Notes under the pieces: model-generated
Seen by the model: only the letters and a program-made list of their open reading frames with translations
What the model was told of the DNA's origin: nothing
Databases searched by the model: none
Position numbers and translations under genes: made by a program
Part shown: positions 45,542-55,180 of the stretch, one piece after another
Layout: each line of letters opens with the position of its first letter
Numbering within the stretch: position 1 is the first letter of the stretch
NCBI GenBank assembly: GCA_035560555.1
Contig: DATMZF010000029.1
Location: forward strand, 4,764-68,763
Direction: 5' to 3'
Source: Rectinemataceae bacterium
GTDB lineage: Bacteria > Spirochaetota > Spirochaetia > Treponematales > Rectinemataceae
Length of the DNA: 64,000 bases

Positions 45542-46711
45542 CTAGAGCTTCAGCGCCACTCTCGCCGATATGCCCGTTCGGGGAGTCAGGCCGCCGATAT
45601 CCTCCTGAGACAAGGCAATGTCGCCGCGGATCAGGTACAGGTCAATTCCCGCACCCAGCGAAAGAAGGTTCTTGTTCAGGCCGCCCCTGAGAATGAAAAT
45701 CCTGAGTAGCCTGAGTTCGGCGCCAGCCTTCATCGTGGCGAGAATGCCGTCAGTGTCCGCGATGTCAGTGGATATCGCGTCGAGGAAGCCGGGGATGTCG
45801 TCGGTTTCGGCAAAGAAAGCCGGGGCCACGAGGCCGCTTTGGTTAAACTTGAGCGCGAGGCCCGCGGTGTATGTCGGTTCGAGCTCCACGACATCCGTTC
45901 CGTCGGTGGGGAAATCGGAATCGTGCTCGATGTCATAAACGGTAGTCTCGCCCAGCGCGACACTGCCGAAGAGATCCCTCGCCATAAATCCGGCGCTCAA
46001 AGGCCCTATGGTGAGCGTCGCGCCGGCGTCGAAAGCATAGCCGATTCCACCGGACATCACTTCCGAGGCGAAGTAATTTTCAAATTGGCCGGGGCCGTAA
46101 TACCCAAGACCGGAAAGGACGAGGTCGCGGCCATCGGCCCACCCGCCAGCCACCGAGTCCAGCCTGTAGAAGGCCCTGACATCGGCGCCAGCGGCTATTT
46201 CCACGAGGCCCAGCTTGATGGGAAGACCGAAGCCGACGATGGCGTTGACCTGATTCCTCACGATTACTCTGGAACCATCCAGCTTCGTGCCTGAAAGCAG
46301 GGCTTCGGATACCAGGTTGGCACCCAGCCCCAAGCCCTTTCCAGCCCAGCCGAGCCCGACGGCGCCGCCAAAACCCAGCTCCGAGTTGTCTGTCAGCAGC
46401 TCATCGATGATCGCCTCAGCTTCGGTGACCGTGGCGTACCCGCTGGACAAGGTCTCCATGGAATTGATGCTGCCGGGATTCATGGGCATATATCCCCAGA
46501 GCGAAAGGTCGCCCAGGGTGAGGGAACCCGGTCCGGAAAAGCCCGCCGGGTTGCCAAAGAATGAATCGTAGCCTGTGGAAAAGAGCAGGGACGCGCCGCC
46601 GCTGCCCAGGGAACGGGCATCCTGACGGGTGAGGGACTCGAGCGGGGACATTCCGGATACGGAATTGAGAAGAGCCACCGTCAGAGCAACAGCGAAAGAG
46701 AGACGTTTCAT
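45542..46711 (-). CDS. Signal-peptide protein, possible outer-membrane beta-barrel, function unknown
   Basis: I trimmed to ATG 46711 (GGGAGGG upstream). The signal peptide is MKRLSFAVALTVALLNSVSG. The composition is Gly/Ala/Ser/Leu-rich with an alternating pattern. The upstream 114 codons of the track ORF are Arg/Gly-rich and overlap the next gene. Confidence 0.5.
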   Translation of the reverse strand: MKRLSFAVALTVALLNSVSGMSPLESLTRQDARSLGSGGASLLFSTGYDSFFGNPAGFSGPGSLTLGDLSLWGYMPMNPGSINSMETLSSGYATVTEAEAIIDELLTDNSELGFGGAVGLGWAGKGLGLGANLVSEALLSGTKLDGSRVIVRNQVNAIVGFGLPIKLGLVEIAAGADVRAFYRLDSVAGGWADGRDLVLSGLGYYGPGQFENYFASEVMSGGIGYAFDAGATLTIGPLSAGFMARDLFGSVALGETTVYDIEHDSDFPTDGTDVVELEPTYTAGLALKFNQSGLVAPAFFAETDDIPGFLDAISTDIADTDGILATMKAGAELRLLRIFILRGGLNKNLLSLGAGIDLYLIRGDIALSQEDIGGLTPRTGISARVALKL

Positions 46712-46833
46712 AGAAAGCCCTCCCAAGAGCCTATAAACATAGACATTTGTTTTGAATATTGGGCATCTTCGCGGGTTTGTCAATACAGCAAAATGAAATA
46801 GACAGGTATGCGGCCTGAGGGTCCGCCGCCTTC

Positions 46834-47880
46834 TCAACGCTGCCAGAACTGCACTTTTCCCGATCCGGCCAACTTGAGGCTGCCTCCGACCAGCGCGTAC
46901 TGCCACTGTTCCAAGTCCCCGTTCTCCCACATGATGACGATGGTGCCCGACTCCGCGTTCCACCGCCCCCGCTTCTCGCTCTTCTGCTCGCCCGAATCGA
47001 GCCATATCGTCGAATTTCCGCCCGCCGCCCCTCCGCGCGCGATCGTCCTCCAAAGCGATACCCGGCGGGCGCTTCCATCCGGACCCAGCTGCAAACTAGT
47101 CTGCTCATCGGAAACCATGTCCGCCCGCCTTGGGTCGTCCACGGTAAAATTGAGCGTATCCTCGTTGCGCAATTGCCTCGTCGAGTACAGTTTCCAAATT
47201 CCAGCTATGCCCTGATCGAGCTTGCCCTCGCCCAGGGTTATGGATCTGAGCACGGCCGTCAGATCCTCGCCACGCCCTTCCAGGGCTTGCGCGTCGCCCA
47301 CCGCCACGAGGAAAACGCCGAATTCCCCCAGTACCGTGGCATATATCCGGGCGACGACCGTCGTGTCGCCCTGGCCCGCGGCCTGCCATTCGACGAAGAG
47401 GCCCTCGCCTCCCGCCATCGGCACGCTGGCCGGCTGCGCCTTCCTCGCGAGATACGGCGAAATCTTCGTCGTCACGAGATTGTCGAGGTAGCCGATGACG
47501 CGAACGTCGAAAGGCGAGACGATCCCGCTCCCCCTGATACTCTCCGCGGTGAGGAAGTATAGCTCCGGAAGCTTGTTGGACGTCTGGTCGCCCAGGGAGA
47601 CCGGAACGAGTTGAACGCTGCCTTCGGCTTCCTTCAGCGTGAACGTGGAAGGGTACCAGAACGAGAACCCAATGGGATGCCGCCATGTGGAACCGCCCTT
47701 GGAGAGATCGTTGACGTTGGCCGCCGCTTGCGGTCGCCCTGAGCTTAGGCCCGCGCCCAAACCCAGTTCCTGAGTCTGCCCCTGCGCGCCGAGCCCGGCG
47801 GGCAAAAAGCGAAAGCTGACCAGCCAGAAAAGGAAACCGACAGCGATCGATGCTCTTCTGGGATACTTTTTCATCTCCAC
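46834..47880 (-). CDS. Secreted hypothetical protein
   Basis: The N-terminus MEMKKYPRRASIAVGFLFWLVSF is hydrophobic and signal-like. I recognised no family. The gene is probably co-transcribed with 45542..46711. Confidence 0.5.
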   Translation of the reverse strand: MEMKKYPRRASIAVGFLFWLVSFRFLPAGLGAQGQTQELGLGAGLSSGRPQAAANVNDLSKGGSTWRHPIGFSFWYPSTFTLKEAEGSVQLVPVSLGDQTSNKLPELYFLTAESIRGSGIVSPFDVRVIGYLDNLVTTKISPYLARKAQPASVPMAGGEGLFVEWQAAGQGDTTVVARIYATVLGEFGVFLVAVGDAQALEGRGEDLTAVLRSITLGEGKLDQGIAGIWKLYSTRQLRNEDTLNFTVDDPRRADMVSDEQTSLQLGPDGSARRVSLWRTIARGGAAGGNSTIWLDSGEQKSEKRGRWNAESGTIVIMWENGDLEQWQYALVGGSLKLAGSGKVQFWQR

Positions 47881-48163
47881 CTCTTCACGGCTCCTTATCG
47901 CTTCCGGAACCTAGGCGTGCTATTTTTGCAGGCATCGCGAGCGCGAACGCCGACGACCGGCGCCACGCATGCCTATCGCCAATTATAATTCAAGCCTGGA
48001 CCTTATGCATTGAATGACCATTGATTTGCGTCAGAAACGCGTGGCTTTCATCGCCGAAGACACAACCGAGCCGGATGTCGACGCGCTTATGTGCCAATAA
48101 AAGAAGCGCAAAGCAGAAAAGAACAAGACCGCTTTGGAGCGCGCGAAATAGCGTCCGGCTTAA

Positions 48164-48192
48164 TTGACAGTGTAAAATAGCCATGGTAGATT
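48164..48192 (+). promoter_or_regulatory. Sigma70-like promoter of the LacI-family regulator gene
   Basis: TTGACA (48164-48169), a 17-nt spacer, then TAGATT (48187-48192). Confidence 0.45.
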
Positions 48193-48194
48193 TA

Positions 48195-48210
48195 GCTGAA
48201 TCGATTTAGC
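48195..48210. promoter_or_regulatory. Candidate LacI-family operator
   Basis: GCTGAATCGATTTAGC is a 16-bp palindrome with one mismatched pair and a central CG, as in LacI/GalR-type operators. It starts 3 nt after the -10 element. Confidence 0.5.
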
Positions 48211-48231
48211 AGATGGAGCGTCTTGTAGACT

Positions 48232-49260
48232 ATGGTACGCGTGAAGATGAAGCAGATCGCTCAAGAGGCGCAGGTCTCGACGACACTGGTTTCCCAAGTG
48301 CTCAACAATCGCGACGTGCGCGTGGCCGAGAGTACTCGCGAGCGCATCTTGCGCATAGCCAAACAGCACAATTATATTCCCAACCGCCTCGCTTCTGGGC
48401 TCAAGCTGAACCGGACCAATACGCTAGCCGTCCTCGTCCCCTTCACGGCCGTAGGTTTCTTCAGCGAACTCATCTATCACATCGAAGCCTACGCCATGGA
48501 GCGCGGCTATATCTCCTTCATCATCAATACATCCGGGGGCAAGGACAAAGAGGAGAAGGCGCTCCAGCTCTACAAATCCCACATGATGGACGGTTTCATC
48601 ATCGCTCCCCGGAACGCGGCGGCGCATCAGCCGCATTTCGAACAGATTCAGGCCGATCAGTTTCCTTTCGTATTCGTGGATCGCTATGTCGACGACGTGA
48701 AGGCGACCACCATTTCCTCCGATCATTACGCGATCGCCAGCGGCTTCGTCAGGTGGCTCATCGAAAAGGGCCATCGGCGCATCCTCTTCGTCCAGCGCCT
48801 CGACGAACCGGGGAATTCCACGATTCGCAGCCGCATGAAAGCCTATGTGGCGATGATGGAATCCAGGGGATTGAGCGTGGAGCTGGCGGGTTTCAACGCC
48901 GAAGCCGACAATCCGCCCGATGTGGTCGGTAGCCTCTCCGGATTCCCCGCCGCCGATTCGCAGCCCGACGCCATCTTTCTCGCCTCGGGATCCTACATGC
49001 CGCTGCTCCTGCGGCGCTGCGAGCAGCTCGGCTACGACATAAAGGCAATCGATTTCGCCACGGTGGACGGATTCATGTTTCCCGCCGACTTCCTCCTCGA
49101 GAAAAGGATCATCGATGGAATCGAAGCCAACATGCATATGGTCGTGCAAGATCCGCAGACAATCGCCCAAAAGGCCGTGGACGCGCTGATAGATCTCATT
49201 GACGGAAAGGAAGACGGCAAGGAACAGATCCATGTCCCTCAGCGATGCGCCAACCTCTAG
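48232..49260 (+). CDS. LacI-family transcriptional regulator
   Basis: The N-terminal HTH is MKQIAQEAQVSTTLVSQVLNNR...YIPNRLASGLK, followed by a periplasmic-binding-protein-like effector domain. Confidence 0.85.
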   Translation: MVRVKMKQIAQEAQVSTTLVSQVLNNRDVRVAESTRERILRIAKQHNYIPNRLASGLKLNRTNTLAVLVPFTAVGFFSELIYHIEAYAMERGYISFIINTSGGKDKEEKALQLYKSHMMDGFIIAPRNAAAHQPHFEQIQADQFPFVFVDRYVDDVKATTISSDHYAIASGFVRWLIEKGHRRILFVQRLDEPGNSTIRSRMKAYVAMMESRGLSVELAGFNAEADNPPDVVGSLSGFPAADSQPDAIFLASGSYMPLLLRRCEQLGYDIKAIDFATVDGFMFPADFLLEKRIIDGIEANMHMVVQDPQTIAQKAVDALIDLIDGKEDGKEQIHVPQRCANL

Positions 49261-49354
49261 CGACTTTCGCTCGCGAATTCTCCGCTAGGGCGCGTTTGTT
49301 CTTTTCACGGCGCGCCGGGAAATGCTACGCTGTCGCCATCAAAGGAGACAGCGA

Positions 49355-49687
49355 ATGACACAAGCGGAAGTCGTTTCCAGGCAGCTAGAACTCTACAACG
49401 CGCATGATCTGGAAGGTTTTTGTTCCTGCTATTCGGATACCGTGGAATTGAGGAACATGGACGAAGCGCGGGCCACGGTGAGTTCGAAGGACGAGCTGCG
49501 GGAAACGTACGGAAAGAAATTTTCCAATCCCGCGCTGAAGGCCACCATCGCGAACAGGATAATCAAGGGCAACTACGTGATCGACCATGAAAAGGTCGAG
49601 GGCGTGGGGGACAGGCTGCTGGAAGTGGTCGCCATCTATAAAGTAGAAGACGACCTCATCCAGAGCGTGCTTTTCATCAGGGACTAA
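49355..49687 (+). CDS. NTF2-like (SnoaL / steroid delta-isomerase-like) small protein
   Basis: Start at ATG 49355 (AAAGGAGA upstream). The protein is about 110 aa and follows the pattern LELYNAHDLEGF...GNYVIDHEKV...VAIYKVEDDLIQSV, typical of this fold family. Confidence 0.5.
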   Translation: MTQAEVVSRQLELYNAHDLEGFCSCYSDTVELRNMDEARATVSSKDELRETYGKKFSNPALKATIANRIIKGNYVIDHEKVEGVGDRLLEVVAIYKVEDDLIQSVLFIRD

Positions 49688-49692
49688 GGATC

Positions 49693-50355
49693 TTAGTCGA
49701 ACTTCTTCAGCTCGTTGATCATGGCCATGACGTCGGTGTTGTAGAGTCGCTCAACGTTTATTTTAGGGAATCCGCCCGCGCGGAAATGCTTTCGCAGATC
49801 CACTTCTTTGGCCACGGATTCCTCGGCCCTCACGAGCATTTCCATATAGTTGTCGGGAGGAATGACCACGACGCCGTCGGCGTCGCCGAAGACGAGATCG
49901 CCGGGATGGACGACGGCGCCCGAGCAGCTGACCGTGACGTCATGCTCGCCGGAGATTCCGATGACGTTGGTCGTCACCACAGAGATGCCGGTGCAGAACA
50001 CGGGATAGCCGGATTTTTCTATCGCGAGGGAATCCGTCGCGGGGCCATCGATGACGATGCCGGCGAAGCCCTGGCACTCGCAGAATAGCGCCACCATCTC
50101 GCCCACGCACGCGTAGGTGTCGTCGCCGCAGCGGTCGATCACGATGACCGAACCCTTGGGGGCGTGCTCCATGGCGTAGTAGAGGGCGCAGGAATCCTTT
50201 CCCTGCAGCCTGACCGTGTATGCCGGCCCCACCATTTTCGAATTCTTGTTGATCGGCTTCATCTCGGGGCGCATGTAGCCGCCGCCGATATAGTGCCCGA
50301 TAGTCGCCGGATCCACTTTCATGAACCGGTCGATGATGTCTTTGGGAATTGCCAT
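49693..50355 (-). CDS. RraA-family protein (RraA / 4-hydroxy-4-methyl-2-oxoglutarate aldolase-like)
   Basis: Motifs GSVIVID, GEMVALFCECQGFAGIVIDGPATD, PVFC and GDLVFGDADGVVVIP are characteristic of the RraA/HMG-aldolase fold. Confidence 0.8.
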   Translation of the reverse strand: MAIPKDIIDRFMKVDPATIGHYIGGGYMRPEMKPINKNSKMVGPAYTVRLQGKDSCALYYAMEHAPKGSVIVIDRCGDDTYACVGEMVALFCECQGFAGIVIDGPATDSLAIEKSGYPVFCTGISVVTTNVIGISGEHDVTVSCSGAVVHPGDLVFGDADGVVVIPPDNYMEMLVRAEESVAKEVDLRKHFRAGGFPKINVERLYNTDVMAMINELKKFD

Positions 50356-50367
50356 TGCTAACCTCTT

Positions 50368-51195
50368 TTAGCGAACCTTGAGCTCGTAAACATCGGATCT
50401 CCTATTCTTCAACGAAGGGATCTGGCCGCGAATCTTGTCCAGGAAATCCAGGTCTATTTCGGCCATCGTCACGCCCGGCTGGTCCTTGGACCTCGCGATG
50501 ACGGTGCCCCAGGGATCCACGACCAGACTATTGCCGAAGGCGGTGAAATTGGGCTTCTTGCCTATCTGCGCCGGGGCGACGATGTAGCAGCCATTCTCGA
50601 TCGCCCTGGCGCGAAGGATCGGCTCCCAGTGATCCTTGCCCGTGGGCAGGGTGAAGTTGGCCGGCGTGAAGATGATCTGGGCGCCGTCCAGCGCGAGAAG
50701 GCGGAACAGCTCGGGAAAACGGATATCGTAGCAAATGGTGAATCCAAGCTTGCCCAGCTCGCTGTCCGCGGTCACGATCTCCCTGCCCGGCTGTATCCTG
50801 ACGGATTCATTGCAGACGGTGCCATCCGTGAGCGTGACATCGAAGGTATGGAGTTTCCTGTAGCGAGCGATAATCTTGCCTTCCCTGTCCAGCATCACGG
50901 TGGTGTTGAACCCCTTTGTCTCGCCGGGGATCTCTTCCTTGAAGCTTCCGCAATGGATGTAGATGCCGAGTTCCTTGGCCTTCCGCGCCAGAATCTCCGT
51001 GCTGTATCCGGGGATTGGTTCGGCCCCGCCGCCTTCGCCGACATTGTCTCCCAGAAGGTTCATCACTTCCGGCAGGGCGACGAGCCGCGCGCCCTTGGCG
51101 GCCGCTTCATCGATATACTCGCAAATCCTGGCGAGATTCTTTCCTTTGTCGTTCTGCGTATCCAGCTGGATAATCCCAATCTGGTATTTCCTCAT
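50368..51195 (-). CDS. Carbon-nitrogen hydrolase (nitrilase superfamily) protein
   Basis: The Glu-Lys-Cys triad occurs in the expected contexts: LVALPEV, YRKLHTFD and TICYDIRFPE. Confidence 0.85.
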   Translation of the reverse strand: MRKYQIGIIQLDTQNDKGKNLARICEYIDEAAAKGARLVALPEVMNLLGDNVGEGGGAEPIPGYSTEILARKAKELGIYIHCGSFKEEIPGETKGFNTTVMLDREGKIIARYRKLHTFDVTLTDGTVCNESVRIQPGREIVTADSELGKLGFTICYDIRFPELFRLLALDGAQIIFTPANFTLPTGKDHWEPILRARAIENGCYIVAPAQIGKKPNFTAFGNSLVVDPWGTVIARSKDQPGVTMAEIDLDFLDKIRGQIPSLKNRRSDVYELKVR

Positions 51196-51255
51196 CCGCG
51201 TTACTCCTTGGCGCCTCCGTTTCCCGGCGCGCCCTTCGGCCCTGAGCGCTAAACC

Positions 51256-52221
51256 TCAGGCGAGGCCGTTTATGGCCTTGACGTGATGGCAGGCCACGTA
51301 ATAATTCTCTTTCACTTTTTCAAAGACCGGTTCAGTGGTCGAACAGATTTCGGTGGCGTACTCGCAGCGTTTGGCGAATCTGCAGCCGGGTTTCGGGTTT
51401 ATCGGCGAGGAAATCTCACCCTTCAGGAGATGCCTAGTCTTCTTCGCGCCCAATTCGGGCACCGGGACCGCCGCCAACAGCGCCTTCGTGTAGGGGTGGT
51501 AGCGGTGTATGAATATTTCCTTCACGGGGGCGAACTCGACCATCTTGCCCATGTACATGACGAGGATGTTGTCGGAGATGTGCTTGACGACGGCCATGTT
51601 GTGGGTGATGAAAAGATAGGTGAGGTTTCTCTCCTGCTGCAAATCCTGCATCAGGTTGAGAATTTGCGCCTGTATGGACACGTCGAGGGCGGAGACAGGC
51701 TCGTCGCAGACGATGAATTTCGGGTTGAGAGACAGGGCTCGCGCCACGCCGATGCGCTGGCGGCGGCCTCCGTCGAGCTCATGGGGGTAGGAATCCGAGA
51801 GACGGCGGGCGAGCCCGACCGTGTCCATCAGTTTCCCCACCTGTTCGCTGAGATCGGCCGAATCCTTGTATTTATTGTAGATCTTGATCGGCTCGGCGAT
51901 GAGATTGCTCACGGACATCCTTGGATCCAGCGAGGAAAAGGGGTCCTGAAAAATCATCTGCATGTCCTGGCGGTAGCGCTTGAGCGAAACCCGGTCCAGC
52001 TGGCTTATGTCCTTTCCCTCGAAACGGATGTTTCCCGACGTCGCTTCCAGGAGATGGATGGTGAGCCGGCCCAATGTCGACTTGCCGCAGCCCGACTCGC
52101 CCACCACGCCGAGCGTCTCGCCCTTCTCGATGCCGAACGTGACGCCGTCGACGGCGTGAAGATCTCCCCTGGGTGTTTTGAAGAATTTCCTAAGATCTTT
52201 GACTTCTATCAGTGTGCTCAT
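51256..52221 (-). CDS. ABC transporter ATP-binding protein (DppF/OppF-like)
   Basis: Walker [18 protein letters not shown], Walker [13 protein letters not shown] and C-terminal GCRFAKRC. It is a close paralog of 41252..42229. Confidence 0.9.
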   Translation of the reverse strand: MSTLIEVKDLRKFFKTPRGDLHAVDGVTFGIEKGETLGVVGESGCGKSTLGRLTIHLLEATSGNIRFEGKDISQLDRVSLKRYRQDMQMIFQDPFSSLDPRMSVSNLIAEPIKIYNKYKDSADLSEQVGKLMDTVGLARRLSDSYPHELDGGRRQRIGVARALSLNPKFIVCDEPVSALDVSIQAQILNLMQDLQQERNLTYLFITHNMAVVKHISDNILVMYMGKMVEFAPVKEIFIHRYHPYTKALLAAVPVPELGAKKTRHLLKGEISSPINPKPGCRFAKRCEYATEICSTTEPVFEKVKENYYVACHHVKAINGLA

Positions 52222-52230
52222 AGTAACCCC

Positions 52231-53196
52231 TCACCCATGGTACTTCACGCATTTGACGAAATGTCCCGGTTCCACCTCGACGACGGGCACAGCCGCAGCC
52301 AGGCATTTCTCCGAGACATCGGGGCACCGCGGCGCGAATACGCAGCCCACGGGAAGATTTGTCGGATCGGGCATGAGCCCCATGATGGGCTTCAGCCTAT
52401 CCACGTCCTCGTTGAGGTTGGGAACCGACCCAAAGAGGCCTTCGGTATAGGGATGCTTCGTGTCGTTGTAGATATGCTCCACCGTGCCGTACTCCACGAT
52501 CTCGCCGGCATACATGATCGCGGCCTTCTGGCAGATTTCGGCCACGACGCCCAGATCGTGCGTGATGAGAATGAGCGAGGTGCCCCTATCCCTCATCAGC
52601 TTCTCGATGAGATCGAGCACCTGGTCCTGGATCGTGACGTCGAGCGCCGTGGTCGGCTCGTCCGCGATCAGGAGTTCGGGATTGCAGGCCAGGGCGATCG
52701 CGATGACGACGCGCTGCTTCATGCCGCCCGAGAATTGGTGCGGGTACTCAGCGTAGCGCTCGCCAGGTATGCCCACCAGCTCCAGCATTTCCTGAGCCTT
52801 CAGCGAGGCATTCGCGCGCGAAATCTTTTGGTGAAGGCGAACCACTTCGGCGATCTGGTCGCCCACGGTCAGGACGGGGTTGAGCGCTGTCATCGGGTCC
52901 TGGAAAATCATGGAAATCTTGTTGCCGCGAATCGCCCGCTTCTCCATCGGCGACATCGCGACGAGGTCCTGCCCGTCGTAGCGTATCTCGCCGCTGATTA
53001 TCTTCCCTGGCGGATCGGGAATCAGCTGCATTATGCTGAGCGCCGTCGTGGTCTTTCCCGCGCCCGTCTCGCCGACCAAGCCCAGGGACTCGCCCTTCTT
53101 GAGCGAGATAGTCATTCCGTTCACGGCGTGAACGGTGGTAGTGTCCGTCACATAATGGACAACGAGATCCTTGATCTCGAGAATAGTGTCGTTCAT
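52231..53196 (-). CDS. ABC transporter ATP-binding protein (DppD/OppD-like)
   Basis: I trimmed track ORF 52231..53751 to ATG 53196 (AGGGGAAGG upstream). The protein starts [15 protein letters not shown]. Walker [17 protein letters not shown] and [12 protein letters not shown] are present. Confidence 0.9.
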   Translation of the reverse strand: MNDTILEIKDLVVHYVTDTTTVHAVNGMTISLKKGESLGLVGETGAGKTTTALSIMQLIPDPPGKIISGEIRYDGQDLVAMSPMEKRAIRGNKISMIFQDPMTALNPVLTVGDQIAEVVRLHQKISRANASLKAQEMLELVGIPGERYAEYPHQFSGGMKQRVVIAIALACNPELLIADEPTTALDVTIQDQVLDLIEKLMRDRGTSLILITHDLGVVAEICQKAAIMYAGEIVEYGTVEHIYNDTKHPYTEGLFGSVPNLNEDVDRLKPIMGLMPDPTNLPVGCVFAPRCPDVSEKCLAAAVPVVEVEPGHFVKCVKYHG

Positions 53197-53207
53197 TCGC
53201 CTTCCCC

Positions 53208-54086
53208 TTAGCTCTTGAGCCGTGGATCGAGCGCGTCGCGCAGCCCGTCGCCCAGAAGATTGATGGAAAAAACCGTAAGCATTATCGCGAGTCCGGGGAA
53301 AGTGACGACCCACCAGTAGTCGCGGATGAAAGCCCTGCCGGAAGCGAGCATCGAACCCCACTCCGGCGTCGGGGGCATTATGCCCAATCCGATGAAGCTC
53401 ATTCCCGCGCCCTGGATGATGGCGGCGGCTATGCTCATCGTCGCCTGGACAATGATGGGCGCCATGCAATTCGGGATGATGTGGCGCGTGATGATGCGCC
53501 AGTCGCTGGCGCCGTTGGAGCGGGCCGCCTCGATGTATTCCTGCTCCTTCACCGAAAGAATGGAAGCGCGCACGACGCGGGCGTAGCCGGGTACGGCGCC
53601 GATGCCTATGGCGAGGATCAGGTTGAAGAAACTCGTGCCCATGGCGGCGACTATCGAAACGGCCAGGAGGATGTTCGGGATCGAGAGCATGATGTCGATG
53701 AAGCGCATTATTATGTTGTCCACGACCTTGCCGTAATAGCCCGAGACGCATCCGAGGATGATCCCGATCAGGCAGGATATAGTGACCGACACCAGCCCCA
53801 GGGTGAGCGAGATCCTGCAGCCGAAGATAACCCTGCTGAATATATCCCTGCCGAATTCGTCGGTTCCGAAAGGATACTCGAGGGAGGGCGCCTTGAAACG
53901 GCGGGAAAGCATCTGTTCGTCGAAGCCATAGGGCGCTATGAGCGAAGGGACGAGCGCCAGTATCGTCAGGAGAACGATGAAGGCGAGGCCGAGCACGGCG
54001 CCCTTGTTCTTGACGAAACGCCGCCAGATCTCCTTGGACTGGCCACGCTTTTTCATTTTTACGGAGAGGACTTCGTTGCCTGCCAT
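53208..54086 (-). CDS. ABC transporter permease (DppC/OppC-like)
   Basis: Motifs [20 protein letters not shown] and DALDPRLKS. Confidence 0.9.
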   Translation of the reverse strand: MAGNEVLSVKMKKRGQSKEIWRRFVKNKGAVLGLAFIVLLTILALVPSLIAPYGFDEQMLSRRFKAPSLEYPFGTDEFGRDIFSRVIFGCRISLTLGLVSVTISCLIGIILGCVSGYYGKVVDNIIMRFIDIMLSIPNILLAVSIVAAMGTSFFNLILAIGIGAVPGYARVVRASILSVKEQEYIEAARSNGASDWRIITRHIIPNCMAPIIVQATMSIAAAIIQGAGMSFIGLGIMPPTPEWGSMLASGRAFIRDYWWVVTFPGLAIMLTVFSINLLGDGLRDALDPRLKS

Positions 54087-54087
54087 A

Positions 54088-55059
54088 TTATGCCGCCTCC
54101 TTCGCCGGACGCAGCTTTTTCGTCCTGGGGCGGGTGTACATGGAACGGATCCTGGGATCCGCGAAACTGTACAATATGTCCACCAGAAGGTTCACAAGCG
54201 ACATGACGAAGGCTATGAAAAGCACGCCGCCCTGGACCATCGGGAAGTTTTTAAGCTTTATGGCATCCACCATGAGTTTGCCGACGCCGGCGATGGAAAA
54301 GATGGATTCCGTCAGGACGGCGCCGCCGAGCTGCCTTCCGAAAGAAAGCCCCACGACGGTGATGATGGGAATCAGCGCGTTCTTGAGCGCGTGTTTCCAG
54401 ATGACGACCCTTTCGGACTGTCCCTTGGCGCGGGCCGTCCTGATGTAGTCCTGGCGGACTATCTCGAGCATGCTCGACCGGGTCATGCGCATTATATTGG
54501 CCGAAGCGTTGGTCCCTACCGTGATTACGGGAAGAACCCAATGCATGGGCGTGGAGAATCCCGAGGGCGGAAACCATCGCAGCCACACGGCGAAGACGAT
54601 TATCAGCATCATCCCCTGCCAGAAATTGGGCATGGATACGCCGATCATCGAAATCGAGGTCGCGAACTGATCGATGAACGAATATTGCCTTGTCGCCGAA
54701 ATGATGCCCACCGAGATGCCGATGATCACGGCCAGCAGCACGCTGAGCGCGGATAGCTTGAGCGTGGCCGGGAAGCGCTGCAGAATCTCGTCCGTGACAG
54801 GCTGCCTCGTCACGTACGATGTCCCGAGGTCGCCTTCAAAGACGACGCCCTTCATATAGCGCAGATACTGTACGATAAAAGGCTTGTCCAGGCCCTGCTG
54901 CTCGCGAAAAAGCTGCTTGTCCGCCGGCGTTGCCATGTCGCCGAGAATGGCGTCGGCGGCGTCCCCGGGCGCGAAAAAAAGCATGCCGAATATGACGAAG
55001 GATACCCCCAGCAGCACGGGTATCATCATCACCAGCCTTCTGAATATGAATTTGATCAA
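54088..55059 (-). CDS. ABC transporter permease (DppB/OppB-like)
   Basis: Motifs MIKFIFRRLVMMIPVLLGVSFVIF, RTARAKGQSE...KHALKNA and ADPRIR. Confidence 0.9.
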   Translation of the reverse strand: MIKFIFRRLVMMIPVLLGVSFVIFGMLFFAPGDAADAILGDMATPADKQLFREQQGLDKPFIVQYLRYMKGVVFEGDLGTSYVTRQPVTDEILQRFPATLKLSALSVLLAVIIGISVGIISATRQYSFIDQFATSISMIGVSMPNFWQGMMLIIVFAVWLRWFPPSGFSTPMHWVLPVITVGTNASANIMRMTRSSMLEIVRQDYIRTARAKGQSERVVIWKHALKNALIPIITVVGLSFGRQLGGAVLTESIFSIAGVGKLMVDAIKLKNFPMVQGGVLFIAFVMSLVNLLVDILYSFADPRIRSMYTRPRTKKLRPAKEAA

Positions 55060-55100
55060 GGAACCATTCTCCTTCCCGGCGAACTATGTGCCGACTCCAT

Positions 55101-55137
55101 AAAACAGGATCCCCGGTCCGGCAAAGCCTGCCGGATC
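55101..55137 (-). promoter_or_regulatory. Intercistronic stem-loop after the binding-protein gene, followed by a short T-run
   Basis: On the minus strand, TCCGGCA-ggctt-TGCCGGA forms a 7-bp stem (55135-55117). It is flanked by GATC pairing and followed by TGTTTT (55106-55101). It lies in the 121-nt gap between the binding-protein and permease genes. Confidence 0.35.
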
Positions 55138-55180
55138 GAGGGTCCTTCACGCATTTATTGCAGAAAATGTTCTTGAGTGT

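Noticed and set aside
46712-47053. N-terminal 114 codons of track ORF 45542..47053
   Set aside because: The segment is Arg/Gly-rich and overlaps the 3' end of 46834..47880. A signal peptide and a ribosome-binding site appear at ATG 46711.
47990-48184. 64-aa minus-strand ORF with a hydrophobic stretch upstream of the LacI gene
   Set aside because: It overlaps the LacI promoter and has no ribosome-binding site. It lies in an AT-rich intergenic region and is probably spurious.
51283-53211. 642-aa plus-strand ORF, the longest in the track after the radical SAM ORF
   Set aside because: It runs antisense across two ATPase genes (Walker A/B and signature motifs lie on the minus strand). The product is Arg/His/Asp/Gly-rich and lacks motifs.
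53197-53751. N-terminal 185 codons of track ORF 52231..53751
   Set aside because: This part overlaps the permease gene 53208..54086 in another frame and is Arg/His/Pro-rich. The ATPase begins at [11 protein letters not shown] (ATG 53196), which has a good ribosome-binding site.
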